DNA of 60,554 bases, counting the filler. It is 5 parts of 5 records of this genome, joined end to end, with 100 filler letters (N's around TTAATTAATTAA, not from the genome) between each part and the next. Parts side by side here need not be neighbours in the genome. Positions count along the whole stretch, not along the records: positions 52,963 to 60,554 come from SRR31156797_45609; 4 more parts are not named here. One strand, written 5' to 3'. Below, piece by piece: positions 60,309 through 60,554 of the stretch. Numbering within the stretch: the stretch's first letter is position 1; each line of letters begins with the position of its first letter. The notes beneath the pieces are model-generated. The model searched no databases, had not been told where the DNA came from, and saw nothing but the letters and a program-made list of their open reading frames with translations. Both the position numbers and the translations under genes were made by a program.

Positions 60309-60554
60309 AAATTAGCCTTATATAGTTAAAATCAATTTCCCTGCTCAGCTATTCCAATAACTACCTAAATACTGTCTATCGATATCTACTTTGTAATTAC
60401 ATACTTCTAAAAACAGCGCCTCTCTTTAAGCTTCTTTAATCACAAATATTTAAAAGTGCTTCGTAGCAGTGTTATGACACTGTTATATATCTCTATCAAA
60501 ATTATAAGTCAGATACTTCACTTCTTCTTCACTATTCCTTCACTATTGCTTCAC

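Overview
This window is not one genome. It is five unrelated contigs joined by artificial spacers (N-run + TTAATTAATTAA + N-run) at 16315-16414, 28424-28523, 39893-39992 and 52863-52962. Taxonomic labels are inferred from gene content and composition. (1) 1-16314, GC-rich alphaproteobacterium-like: partial hemN (missed by the ORF track), MFS transporter, YbaK-family deacylase, FprA-type ferredoxin reductase, FAH-family protein and a Tad/Flp (Cpa) pilus locus cut off in cpaF. (2) 16415-28423, Desulfovibrionaceae-like: cheX, HEAT-REC regulator, a 1056-aa beta-helix/EF-hand/arylsulfotransferase fusion, AsmA, dimethylargininase. (3) 28524-39892, Methanosarcinaceae-like archaeon: hisG, archaeal mat, intron-containing tRNA-Tyr, tRNA-Asp, a 1.5-kb gene-poor region with a repeated TTTGACAG motif, peptidases, Trm11-like methyltransferase, truA. 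(4) 39993-52862, Desulfobacterota-like: two type II TA modules with attC, REP and RAYT relics, then a cluster encoding a signal-peptide-bearing dikinase-like enzyme, two NTT-type nucleotide transporters (one fused to HEAT+cNMP), an exported protein with an L,D-transpeptidase-like motif and a divergent 5'-nucleotidase. (5) 52963-60554, Bacteroidota-like: acidic lipoprotein, DUF819, dacB, lipoprotein, iron alcohol dehydrogenase. The best candidate for an under-described system is the contig-4 cluster (hypothesis: ATP export feeding a periplasmic dikinase). Next are the REP-bracketed integron TA cassette and the archaeal repeat region. All calls come from motif reading; no database searches were run.
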